Below are positions 29,569-41,928 of a DNA stretch of 64,000 nt, piece by piece (within the stretch, counting starts at the first letter, position 1; each line of letters opens with the position of its first letter). A program made the translations under genes and the position numbers. The notes under the pieces are model-generated. The model was given only the letters and a program-made list of their open reading frames with translations, was not told the origin of the DNA and did no database searches. This DNA comes from Syntrophales bacterium (GTDB taxonomy: Bacteria > Desulfobacterota > Syntrophia > Syntrophales > UBA2210): the NCBI GenBank assembly GCA_963666365.2, contig CAXXNF010000002.1:160001-224000 (forward strand). The letters run 5' to 3'.

Positions 29569-30489
29569 CTACCTCTTTTTCTTTGGCTTTGAAGGCCACA
29601 AATGTTCCCATGCCAGCACCGTGGGGCTTGCGATGAATATGGACGAGTAGGTTCCCACGATGATGCCCACCAGAAGAGCGAAGGCAAAGTCATGTATCAC
29701 CGCGCCGCCCAAAAAGAACAGGGCCGCCACCACAAGGAGCGTGGTCAGCGATGTCAGCAGCGTTCTGCTCAAAACCTGGTTGATGCTTTCGTTGACCACC
29801 TCGTCGGTGCTTCGCCTCCTAATGCCCTTTGAATTTTCCCGAATTCTGTCGTACACGACGATCGTATCGTTGAGAGAATACCCTATGATCGTCAGAAGCG
29901 CGGCGATTATGGGAAGCGTAAATTCCTTGTCCAGCAGAGAAAAAATTCCCACGGTAATAATAACATCGTGAATGAGGGCGATAATTGCCCCCAGGGCATA
30001 GCGAAGCTCGAAGCGCCAGGTAATATAGATCAGTATGCCCACGATGGCATAGAGCATTGCCAGCATTCCTTTGTTACGCAGGTCTTTCCCCACCTTGGGT
30101 CCCACTACCTCGACGCGCCTTATTTCAAAATCCCCGGCGCCGTAGTGTGTTGCCAGCACCTTTTGAATATCTGCCGAAAACCCTTTCAATTCTGAACTGG
30201 ATTGCTCCGTTTTGATAAGAAATTCGCTTTCTCCGTGGGCGCCGAATCGTTGTATCACGCTTCCCCCGAGATCGATTTCCTTCAGCGTATCCCTGATTTC
30301 CGAGGCGGTAGTGGGTTTGGCGAATTTGATCTGCACGAGCGTGCCGCCAGCAAAATCTATTCCCAGTTTAGGGCCTCCGTGGAAAACAAGTGATACAACA
30401 CTTATGATGATCATCGCCAGCGATATCGAGAAGGCGATTTTCATTTTACCTACAAAGTTGATGGTGGTTCCAGCCTTGATAAATTCCAT
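29569..30489 (-). CDS. secF: Protein translocase subunit SecF
   Basis: GIDFAGG, VGPKVG, HDV, GYSLNDTIVVYDRIREN, GTYSSIFIA. Confidence 0.97.
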   Translation of the reverse strand: MEFIKAGTTINFVGKMKIAFSISLAMIIISVVSLVFHGGPKLGIDFAGGTLVQIKFAKPTTASEIRDTLKEIDLGGSVIQRFGAHGESEFLIKTEQSSSELKGFSADIQKVLATHYGAGDFEIRRVEVVGPKVGKDLRNKGMLAMLYAIVGILIYITWRFELRYALGAIIALIHDVIITVGIFSLLDKEFTLPIIAALLTIIGYSLNDTIVVYDRIRENSKGIRRRSTDEVVNESINQVLSRTLLTSLTTLLVVAALFFLGGAVIHDFAFALLVGIIVGTYSSIFIASPTVLAWEHLWPSKPKKKR

Positions 30490-30498
30490 CGCCCGCTC

Positions 30499-32103
30499 CT
30501 ATATCCTGACCAGTTTGATTTTTTTGTGCCAGATGAAGTAGTCGTACACGATCCGCGTGACGAAAATAGCCGTGAACATGCTGCAGACAATACCGACGCA
30601 CAGCGTCACGGCGAAGCCCTTGACCGGACCTGTGCCGAACTGAAAAAGCACGACCGCGGCGATCAGCGTCGTAATGTTCGCATCGATAATGGTGATCAGG
30701 GCCTTCCCGTAGCCCGCCGAGACGGCTGCCCTGGGAGATTTGCCCAGGCGAAGTTCTTCTCTGATTCGCTCAAATATAAGCACATTTGCATCAACGGCCA
30801 TACCAATGGTGAGCACAATGCCTGCAATCCCCGGAAGGGTCAGGGTTGCCCTGAAGGCCGCCAATGCGCCCAGAATCAGGATAATGTTGAGGACAAGCGC
30901 CATGTCGGCAATAAATCCTGAATAATGGTAGTAGATGACCATAAAGATAAGAACAATGATCATGCCTATTATAATCGACCAAAAACCTTTGTTGATGGAA
31001 TCGTGTCCTAAAGACGGTCCCACCGTTCTCTGTTCCAGGATGGTAACGGGCGCCGGAAGGGCGCCAGCCCTCAGGACAATTGCCAGATCGCGGGCTTCGT
31101 TCATGGTGAAACTTCCGGTAATCTGGGCGTCGCCTCCCGATATGCGCTCCTGGATCACCGGCGCCGAATGGACCACGCCGTCAAGGACGATGGCAAGCCG
31201 CTTTTTTACGTTGTCAGCCGTGATTCTGTCGAAATCCCGGGCGCCCTGTGAATCGAACTTGATTGCCACATAGGGTTCATTGAAACGGTTGCCGATGGCC
31301 ACCTTGGCATCTTCAAGGGATTCCCCCGTAAGCAGAGTTTTATCCTTGAGGAGGTAGGGGGTGCGTATCCGTGCGCCTGTGTTCGGGTCGATTTTGGATC
31401 CATGAGCGACCACATCGCCGGGGGGCACATTGCCCTTCAGCGCATCATCGAGACTGTGCTCGTCATCGACGAGCTTGAATTCCAGGAGCGCTGTTTTGCC
31501 GATCAGATTGATAGCCCGCTGAGGGTCCTTTACTCCGGGAAGCTGAACCAGGATTCGCCCTTGGGCCTGGGGGACAATTTCGGGCTCTGAAACTCCGAAC
31601 TGATCCACCCGATTTCTGATCGTTTCGAGACTCTGCTCGAGGGCAAATTTCTTGATCGACGCCACCTGGTCTGCCTGTAATGTAAGATGTACCGTCTCTC
31701 TCCCCTCGGTAATTTTTGACGAACTTTCCGTCAGCGTGGGGAACTCATCGTTCAAAACAGTTCTGAAACGATCGGATGCTTCGCTGTTAGGCAGCTCCAG
31801 TGTAATGGTCGTGCCGTCGATACGATCGAGGTTCTTGAAACGGATGCGTTTCTCCATGAGCGTTTCTTTCAGGCTGTTCGCGATCCGCTCAACAGAACTT
31901 TCCACGGCCTTATCCGTTTGTACCTCCAGTATGAGATGCATTCCACCCTGTAAATCCAGACCGAGATGGATTTTATCGCTGGGAAGATTGTCTTCCCAGA
32001 ATGAGGGGATATGATCCGTCAGCGTCGGCGCCAGATAAAAGAATGCGATGAGGAGAACCATGAGGGTGATGCCGATCCTCACTTTTATATTCCTGTCAAA
32101 CAT
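30499..32103 (-). CDS. secD: Protein translocase subunit SecD
   Basis: LGLDLQGG, RVDQFGVSEP, LRAGALPA, GMAVDANVLIFERIREE. Confidence 0.97.
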   Translation of the reverse strand: MFDRNIKVRIGITLMVLLIAFFYLAPTLTDHIPSFWEDNLPSDKIHLGLDLQGGMHLILEVQTDKAVESSVERIANSLKETLMEKRIRFKNLDRIDGTTITLELPNSEASDRFRTVLNDEFPTLTESSSKITEGRETVHLTLQADQVASIKKFALEQSLETIRNRVDQFGVSEPEIVPQAQGRILVQLPGVKDPQRAINLIGKTALLEFKLVDDEHSLDDALKGNVPPGDVVAHGSKIDPNTGARIRTPYLLKDKTLLTGESLEDAKVAIGNRFNEPYVAIKFDSQGARDFDRITADNVKKRLAIVLDGVVHSAPVIQERISGGDAQITGSFTMNEARDLAIVLRAGALPAPVTILEQRTVGPSLGHDSINKGFWSIIIGMIIVLIFMVIYYHYSGFIADMALVLNIILILGALAAFRATLTLPGIAGIVLTIGMAVDANVLIFERIREELRLGKSPRAAVSAGYGKALITIIDANITTLIAAVVLFQFGTGPVKGFAVTLCVGIVCSMFTAIFVTRIVYDYFIWHKKIKLVRI

Positions 32104-32129
32104 GAACGTTTCCTTCCTCCGTGAAGACG

Positions 32130-34668
<2,539 letters not shown>

Positions 34669-34672
34669 ACCC

Positions 34673-34858
34673 TTAGGTCCTCCCGAAGTACACAAGAATG
34701 AGCCCCGTGACGAGCGACAGGAACCCCAGGATGCGAAGGGTGGTGTCCGGCATCTCGGCAACCTTCAGCAGGTACGATTTAATGCGCCGGGGGAACACAA
34801 AGTATGGAAGCCCCTCAATGATAAGCACCAAACCCAGGAGACAGAGGAAAAATTTCAT
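34673..34858 (-). CDS. DUF2065-family small membrane protein
   Basis: LGLVLIIEGLPYFVFP...LRILG; ATGA overlap with the mazG stop. Confidence 0.85.
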   Translation of the reverse strand: MKFFLCLLGLVLIIEGLPYFVFPRRIKSYLLKVAEMPDTTLRILGFLSLVTGLILVYFGRT

Positions 34859-35676
34859 GGGATCCTTGCATCTCCTTTGGCGCATGTGGTTTTCGAAAGA
34901 TCCCACAGGCGGTCCATTTCTTCCATGGTTGCATCCTGCGGAGTTTTTCCTTCCTTTTTTAATGAAGATTCAATGAAGGCAAAGCGCTGCAAAAACTTTG
35001 CAATGGACCTGGCAAGCGCCCGGTCGGGATCTATGCCGGCGAAGCGGGAAAGGTTGACCATCGAAAACAGCAGATCTCCCAGTTCCGCTTCTACCTCATT
35101 GCAGTCCTGTTTTGTCAGGGCCTTTCTGAACTCTCTCATTTCCTCATCCAGTTTTTCGAGTACTCCCTCTATGGAATTCCAGTCGAATCCCGCCTTCGAT
35201 GCCTTCTCCGTCACCTTGCGCGCTCTCGTAAGAGGGGGAAGAGAGCGAGGAATGTTCTGGAAGATCGATTCCTGCGGGTTCTGCCCCTGTCGTTCACATG
35301 CCTTGACTTCCTCCCAGGCCTTTTTGATTGCATCGACCGAGTCTGCTTTATTATTTCCAAAGACATGGGGGTGACGACGGATCATTTTCTCCGAGATGCC
35401 GGCCATTACCTGCGCGACATCGAACTTGCCCGATTCTTCCAACATACGCGCCACAAAGAGTACCTGAAACAACAGGTCCCCAAGCTCCTCCTTGAGATGA
35501 TCAGGTGAGTCCTCCGTTATGGCGTCGAGCACTTCGTAGGCCTCTTCAATTACATAGCGGCCCGCGTCTTGGGGCGTCTGGCTCCGGTCCCAGAGACACC
35601 CCTCAGGCGACCTGAGGTATGCAACAATGCCCATAAGCCTTTCAAACTCAACAGTTGCTCGATGTGCAGGCTTCAT
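34855..35676 (-). CDS. mazG: Nucleoside triphosphate pyrophosphohydrolase MazG
   Basis: GCLWDRSQT, EEAYEVLDAI, EELGDLL, RRHPHVF, GFDW, second ELGDLLF. Confidence 0.96.
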   Translation of the reverse strand: MKPAHRATVEFERLMGIVAYLRSPEGCLWDRSQTPQDAGRYVIEEAYEVLDAITEDSPDHLKEELGDLLFQVLFVARMLEESGKFDVAQVMAGISEKMIRRHPHVFGNNKADSVDAIKKAWEEVKACERQGQNPQESIFQNIPRSLPPLTRARKVTEKASKAGFDWNSIEGVLEKLDEEMREFRKALTKQDCNEVEAELGDLLFSMVNLSRFAGIDPDRALARSIAKFLQRFAFIESSLKKEGKTPQDATMEEMDRLWDLSKTTCAKGDARIP

Positions 35677-35963
35677 TTCGCCTCTCCCTCCCCGAAGTAT
35701 GCGACGTATCTAGCACGAATAGGAGCAGGTGTCAAAACCACATTTTTCAGCTGATTCTGAAGACAGCGCAGAGGGTCATTCATTCCTTTGTGGGGTGTAT
35801 GCGCTCATGACCACCTCAGGATACCTATACGAAAAGTATGCTAAAAAGGGAACGATAAACCCTTGACCTTTGATCGATAAGATGTTAGGCGATGCAGAGC
35901 CGGTAGGGCATCGGTTCTCCTGCGTGAGAGGCAAAGTAACAAAAGGTTGAGGAGGTTTACCCT

Positions 35964-36179
35964 ATGGGTGTAGAAGTCGTAGCCCCCATGCCGGGAAAGA
36001 TTCATGAGATTATGGTCAGCGTCGGTGACAAAGTAGAAGCGGATGAGGAAATTTTGGTTATCGAGGCGATGAAGATGGAAAATTCAGTGTATACTCCCGT
36101 AGATGGAACGGTAGCGGAAATCAGGGTGGAAGAAGACGACAAAGTGGAAGCGGATCAAGTGCTGGTTGTTCTTGATTGA
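35964..36179 (+). CDS. Stand-alone biotin carboxyl carrier domain protein
   Basis: APMPG..EAMKMEN..PVDG; 71 aa; SD GAGGAGG. Confidence 0.9.
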   Translation: MGVEVVAPMPGKIHEIMVSVGDKVEADEEILVIEAMKMENSVYTPVDGTVAEIRVEEDDKVEADQVLVVLD

Positions 36180-36199
36180 AGAAGCTGTGGAGTAAAAAC

Positions 36200-36244
36200 G
36201 GGCCGAACGAATGTGAGACAGGACCTGTTCGGCCCATTTTTTTT
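36200..36244 (+). terminator. Intrinsic terminator after the biotin carrier gene
   Basis: GGGCCGAAC...GTTCGGCCC followed by A and T8; A-run on the left suggests it is bidirectional. Confidence 0.7.
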
Positions 36245-36268
36245 GAAAAAACCAAGACCATCCCCTGA

Positions 36269-36661
36269 TCATTCGATCGGCCATTCCCCCCGCTCTTTAA
36301 GAACCGCGCGATATACATCAAGCGCCTCATTGACCGCCGGCATTCCTCCATAAGGTGCAAGCTGAAAGAATATTTCCGTCAATTTTTTTGGGTTGCACCC
36401 CACGTTCAACGCCGCATTTACATGAAGACGCAGCTCATCAGGCGCCCTGAGCGCGGCCAGCATGGCACAGGCAGCCATCTGCCGCTCCTGTATGGTGAGC
36501 ACGTCTCGGGAATAAAGATTTCCCGTAATAAACAGTGAAAAATCGTTCGCCAGATCTTTATCAAAGGCCTTCCATGTAAGATAAGGGGGATCCATGGTAA
36601 TCCCCTTTCCGAAAAGCTCGGCCGCTCGTTTTTGCGTTTTCTTCTTTATGTCGTCGCTCAT
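36269..36661 (-). CDS. Carboxymuconolactone decarboxylase (CMD/AhpD-like) family protein
   Basis: GNLYSRDVL..ERQM..ELRLHVNAALNVG..QLAPYGGMPA; ATG 36661 with SD AGGAG. Confidence 0.88.
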   Translation of the reverse strand: MSDDIKKKTQKRAAELFGKGITMDPPYLTWKAFDKDLANDFSLFITGNLYSRDVLTIQERQMAACAMLAALRAPDELRLHVNAALNVGCNPKKLTEIFFQLAPYGGMPAVNEALDVYRAVLKERGEWPIE

Positions 36662-36672
36662 CAAAAACTCCT

Positions 36673-36745
36673 GTTCTACGTTCAACGTTCTATGTTCAAC
36701 GTTCTACGTTAATGAATTTCTGGTTTTGAACATAGAACGTAGAAC
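36673..36745. repeat. Heptamer tandem repeats (GTTCWAY) in two inverted arms
   Basis: Five units at 36673-36707 and about three reverse-complement units at 36726-36745. Confidence 0.85.
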
Positions 36746-36746
36746 G

Positions 36747-38054
36747 TTATTTCACAAGGTAGATGTCCCGGTCCCGGTCCTGGAAGTATACGTATCCGTA
36801 AGAGCTTTTGCGCGTTGAATCGAAGATTTCTTCTCCGCGCTTTCTGCAGGCGGAGCAGCTGCCGCCGGGGACGATAACGGCAAATATTCTGTTTCGGGTG
36901 GTGGCCATTGAGTCTATTGTCACGAGACCGCCGCAGTCATGACAAATTCGAACCGATTCCGTTTGTTCCTCGTGAATATTGTCTGTATCGTAATAGATGC
37001 TCTTGGTACGCTGATCAAACTCCTTGTCATGGTCTGCCGCGTTTCTCGTCAGGTCCCTCAATTTCCACTTATTAAGAATGGCGCCGGTCAATTTTTCAAT
37101 ATACTGTGTGATTTCCTGAGACTGCTTTATTGCGGCGGCATTGTAGTCCGGTTCCAGGACATGGGAGTAATCAAGCCCGGCCATCGCCAGTATAATTCCC
37201 ACATTTATATAGGGCAGTGCCGTTTCTATGGAGTACCCTCCCTCAAGTACCGCAATGTCCGGCGCCAGCCGTTCGTTCAGAATGGCATAGCCTTGAGCGG
37301 TGAAATTCATGTTGGTGATCGGGTCGGTATAATGATTATCCTGACCGGCTGAGTTAATAATAAGGTCCGGCTTATAATCTTCCAGTATGGGGAGAATTAA
37401 ATTGTCGAGGGTGTAGAGAAAGCCCTCTTCCGATGTATTGGGGGGGAGGGGTATGTTAATGGTGTACCCGTAGGCATTGGGCCCCCCAAAGTCATTCGGG
37501 AATCCCGTTCCGGGATATAGTGTTCTGCCATCCTGATGAACGGAAATATAAAGCGTATTAGGGTCATGCCAGAAGATATCTTCCGTTCCGTCTCCATGGT
37601 GACAATCGGTGTCGACAATGGCAATCCGCCTGGGGCCGTATTTTTTTCGAATATATTCAACCATGATGGCTTCAATATTTATGTTGCAGAATCCTCTGGC
37701 CCCGTGGACCACCCGCATGGCATGATGGCCGGGCGGGCGGACAAGAGCAAAGGCATTGTCCACCGCTCCCTCCATCACTTTCTCTGCTGCAGTAATTGCA
37801 CCGCCGGCGGAAATCAGGTGGGATTCCGTAATTACCTTTTCAGCAGAGGGCACACACACATGAATACGATTAATGTCGTCGATTGATGCCAGGCCGGCCT
37901 TGTACTCAACTATGTTTTCAAAATCGAGGAGGCCCTCTTCGAATACCTGATCCTGCGTGTAGAGAAGACGCTCCTCCCGTTCGGGATGGGTAGGTGATAT
38001 GGCCCAGTCGAAGGCGGGGAAAAAGATAAGGCCTGTTTTTTTTACTTTTTTCAT
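36747..38054 (-). CDS. Histone deacetylase-family (Zn-dependent amidohydrolase) protein with Cys-rich C-terminal extension
   Basis: HPEREER, RPPGHHA, GFC, DTDCHHGDGT, YPGTG, SAGQD, LEGGY; start overlaps the upstream stop (ATGA). Confidence 0.92.
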   Translation of the reverse strand: MKKVKKTGLIFFPAFDWAISPTHPEREERLLYTQDQVFEEGLLDFENIVEYKAGLASIDDINRIHVCVPSAEKVITESHLISAGGAITAAEKVMEGAVDNAFALVRPPGHHAMRVVHGARGFCNINIEAIMVEYIRKKYGPRRIAIVDTDCHHGDGTEDIFWHDPNTLYISVHQDGRTLYPGTGFPNDFGGPNAYGYTINIPLPPNTSEEGFLYTLDNLILPILEDYKPDLIINSAGQDNHYTDPITNMNFTAQGYAILNERLAPDIAVLEGGYSIETALPYINVGIILAMAGLDYSHVLEPDYNAAAIKQSQEITQYIEKLTGAILNKWKLRDLTRNAADHDKEFDQRTKSIYYDTDNIHEEQTESVRICHDCGGLVTIDSMATTRNRIFAVIVPGGSCSACRKRGEEIFDSTRKSSYGYVYFQDRDRDIYLVK

Positions 38055-39724
38055 CGCGCACCCCCCTTGCCGTGACGGGAAATAAGCCCCGGTTTTACCT
38101 GTCCCTTGATTCGTATGTTTTGTCCTACAGTGGAATATCCCCGAATCATATTGAAGAGTTGATCCTCGGTGACTTCCGTCTCGAGGTCTTCTTCCACAGC
38201 CCCCATGGCCAATGCGCGTTCCCGCAAACGTTCCATGCACATGTGAATGGCATCGGCTCTGGTAAATCCGGCGGTGATGGGGATCTGAAGTCCCTCTTCC
38301 ACGACAGTCGCCTGTCGCTTTTCCGTATCGGCAAGGATGGTAAGTTCCGTAGTCGTTCTCGCCAGGGCTGCGCCGATTGCATTTGCCACTTCGGCATGTT
38401 CAGGGATAGTAACGGGCAGTCCGAGAAGTTCGCCGATTCTGGGCGCCATAGGTTCCGCCGGTCCGCCGACGGCACAGAGAATGGTCGGGGTTACACGTTT
38501 TCCTTCAAGCAATTCGTGAATGGTATAGACCGGCTCATTGTTTACGTCTTCGATCATGTTTCTGACTGCTGTGGCGATTCGACTGCAGGTTTCCTCAAAA
38601 ATGCACCGTGCTGCTTCTTCAGTTGACTGATGTGCGTTTACCGCCAGCGCGCCTATGGCTTCCCATGCTTTTTCTCTGGCACCGATTGTGGTAAGGCCCA
38701 AGACTATCATTGCATCGGTCGGTGTGGGGGATGGGCCGCCGAAGGCGGCTGCCGACCCCTTTCGCTGAGGGCCGATATGGTAGCGCTCACCATCATAGTG
38801 GACAACGCTGTCGCCCCCGACACCGATCGAGCGTGTCCGCAGTCCCCTGATAAGCGTTTTATGTCCCGCTATAGTAACTCCCAGAGGTTCAAGGAGAGGC
38901 GCTCCGTCGGCAAAGATGGCGATATCCGTGGTTGTGCCGCCGATATCCAACGCCACGGCGTCATCGGTTGTATGTGCGACGCTCAATATTCCCATAATAC
39001 TTGCTGCCGGTCCCGAAAGGATGGTTTGTGCCGGATATTGTGCGGATTGGTGAATATCGAATGTGCCTCCGTCGGCCTTCAGAATATAAATTGGAAATCG
39101 TGCATGGAATTGATCCACAAAAGCGGTGATGACCTCTACGAACTTGCCGTAAAGATCCCAAATGGATGCATTCAGGTAGGCGGTGGCGATGCGGCGGGGA
39201 AAGTTGAGATGTCCCGACATCCGGTGACCCAAGGAACAATGGTTGAATGAAAGATTAACGGCATCTTCGATATCGAGTTCTATACGGGGATTGCGTGTGG
39301 AAAATTTCCCCACTATGCCGAGGTGATCGATACCACTTTCTTTTAAGGCCACACTGATATCCTTCACTTCATTTTTGTCGATGGGGGTAACCGGGATTCC
39401 CCGGTGATTTACATAGCCTGAAACAAAATGACAGTGTTCATGTATCGCAAGTGCCGAGGGTGACAACCCCGGACCGCTGGCCAGGATCATGCCCACAGGA
39501 CTCGTTGTATTCTGAACAATAGCGTTTGTGGAAATAGTGGTGCTCAGCACTACTCGTTCAAGTTCTTTCGGCTTGGTGTTGCGAAGAGTGTGTTCGGTGA
39601 CCGCGAGAAGAGAAAGGGAAAGATCGTCCTCATTCGTAAGAACCTTTGCCTTTTCGACTATCCGATCGCCCTCGATAAGGACGGCATCGGTATGCGTCCC
39701 CCCCACATCGATTCCCAGAATCAT
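38051..39724 (-). CDS. Hydantoinase/oxoprolinase A-subunit family protein
   Basis: GIDVGGTHTDAV, STTISTNAI, LSGPAAS, DIGGTTTDI, GVGGDS, PTPTDA, VANAIGAA. Confidence 0.92.
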   Translation of the reverse strand: MILGIDVGGTHTDAVLIEGDRIVEKAKVLTNEDDLSLSLLAVTEHTLRNTKPKELERVVLSTTISTNAIVQNTTSPVGMILASGPGLSPSALAIHEHCHFVSGYVNHRGIPVTPIDKNEVKDISVALKESGIDHLGIVGKFSTRNPRIELDIEDAVNLSFNHCSLGHRMSGHLNFPRRIATAYLNASIWDLYGKFVEVITAFVDQFHARFPIYILKADGGTFDIHQSAQYPAQTILSGPAASIMGILSVAHTTDDAVALDIGGTTTDIAIFADGAPLLEPLGVTIAGHKTLIRGLRTRSIGVGGDSVVHYDGERYHIGPQRKGSAAAFGGPSPTPTDAMIVLGLTTIGAREKAWEAIGALAVNAHQSTEEAARCIFEETCSRIATAVRNMIEDVNNEPVYTIHELLEGKRVTPTILCAVGGPAEPMAPRIGELLGLPVTIPEHAEVANAIGAALARTTTELTILADTEKRQATVVEEGLQIPITAGFTRADAIHMCMERLRERALAMGAVEEDLETEVTEDQLFNMIRGYSTVGQNIRIKGQVKPGLISRHGKGGAR

Positions 39725-39897
39725 GATGGTTCCTCTCGTATGATTTTCCCACGCTCGTTATCACAGGAGCAAAAATGAGTCAATTTATCATTTATAAAAG
39801 TAAATTACTGATTGACCGGATTCCTTCTTTTGTGATAGTTTTCACTTCCATATCTGAAGCGCTCACGGGTTATCCCAAAAAATATACTCCGAAGTGA

Positions 39898-41280
<1,383 letters not shown>

Positions 41281-41310
41281 TAGCATGAGATCTGCGGAGT
41301 AAAACTATGA

Positions 41311-41339
41311 AGAGGGCGGGTGGAATGCCCGCTCTCTTT
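41311..41339 (+). terminator. Stem-loop after gdhA
   Basis: AGAGGGCGGG-tggaatg-CCCGCTCTCT, short T-run. Confidence 0.55.
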
Positions 41340-41388
41340 GGGCCTGAGAAGTTCTGCATGGGAACGCCCATGCAGGGGAGAATAAAAA

Positions 41389-41838
41389 GTGGTTCGACAA
41401 ACCTTCGGAAGTAGAGGAGGGCGCGTCCGCTCAACCCTCACAAGGGGCAGCGCAGCGAAGAGTGAGCGCCCTGTCGAGGAAGTGGTCCGTGAGATGAAGG
41501 CAGGGATGCAGCGGTCCGGGGAAGGGTATCGTGACCGATCGATTGCACTCCACGGTCTTGTCTGTGCCCGGTGCGGACGCGAATTCGATCATACCACCAG
41601 GCATCTGCTGACAGTGCATCACAAGGACGGCAATCATCACAACAATCCCCCCGACGGAAGCAACTGGGAAAATCTTTGTGTCTATTGTCATGACGACATT
41701 CACAGCCGTGAAGTGCTGGGCGAGTATCTTGACGGCGCACCTTCGGAAAAGAGCCGTGAAGTCGTCTATACAGACAGCACATCCCCTTCCGGTTTCAATT
41801 CTCTTGCAGACAAACTTCAAAAAGCATTGAAGAAATAG
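41389..41838 (+). CDS. YajD-family HNH nuclease
   Basis: CARCGREF..LTVHHKDGNHHNNPPDGSNWENLCVYCHD. Confidence 0.88.
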   Translation: MVRQTFGSRGGRVRSTLTRGSAAKSERPVEEVVREMKAGMQRSGEGYRDRSIALHGLVCARCGREFDHTTRHLLTVHHKDGNHHNNPPDGSNWENLCVYCHDDIHSREVLGEYLDGAPSEKSREVVYTDSTSPSGFNSLADKLQKALKK

Positions 41839-41928
41839 TATCCTGTCCCTCCTTCCGACTCCGTCTTGTGAAGCGTCGAATATTTGTGATATAGACATTT
41901 CATGTTTCGAAGCAGCGGAGAGTGTGCA

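Noticed and set aside
36673..36748. Repeats as a CRISPR array
   Set aside because: 7-bp units without unique spacers; no cas genes
38055..38240. 62-aa N-terminal extension of the HDAC in the ORF track
   Set aside because: Overlaps the hydantoinase-A C-terminus; the ATGA-coupled start at 38054 is far more plausible
41389..41838. HNH protein as a homing endonuclease or defence gene
   Set aside because: Motifs match the widespread chromosomal YajD family; no intron, methylase or mobile context
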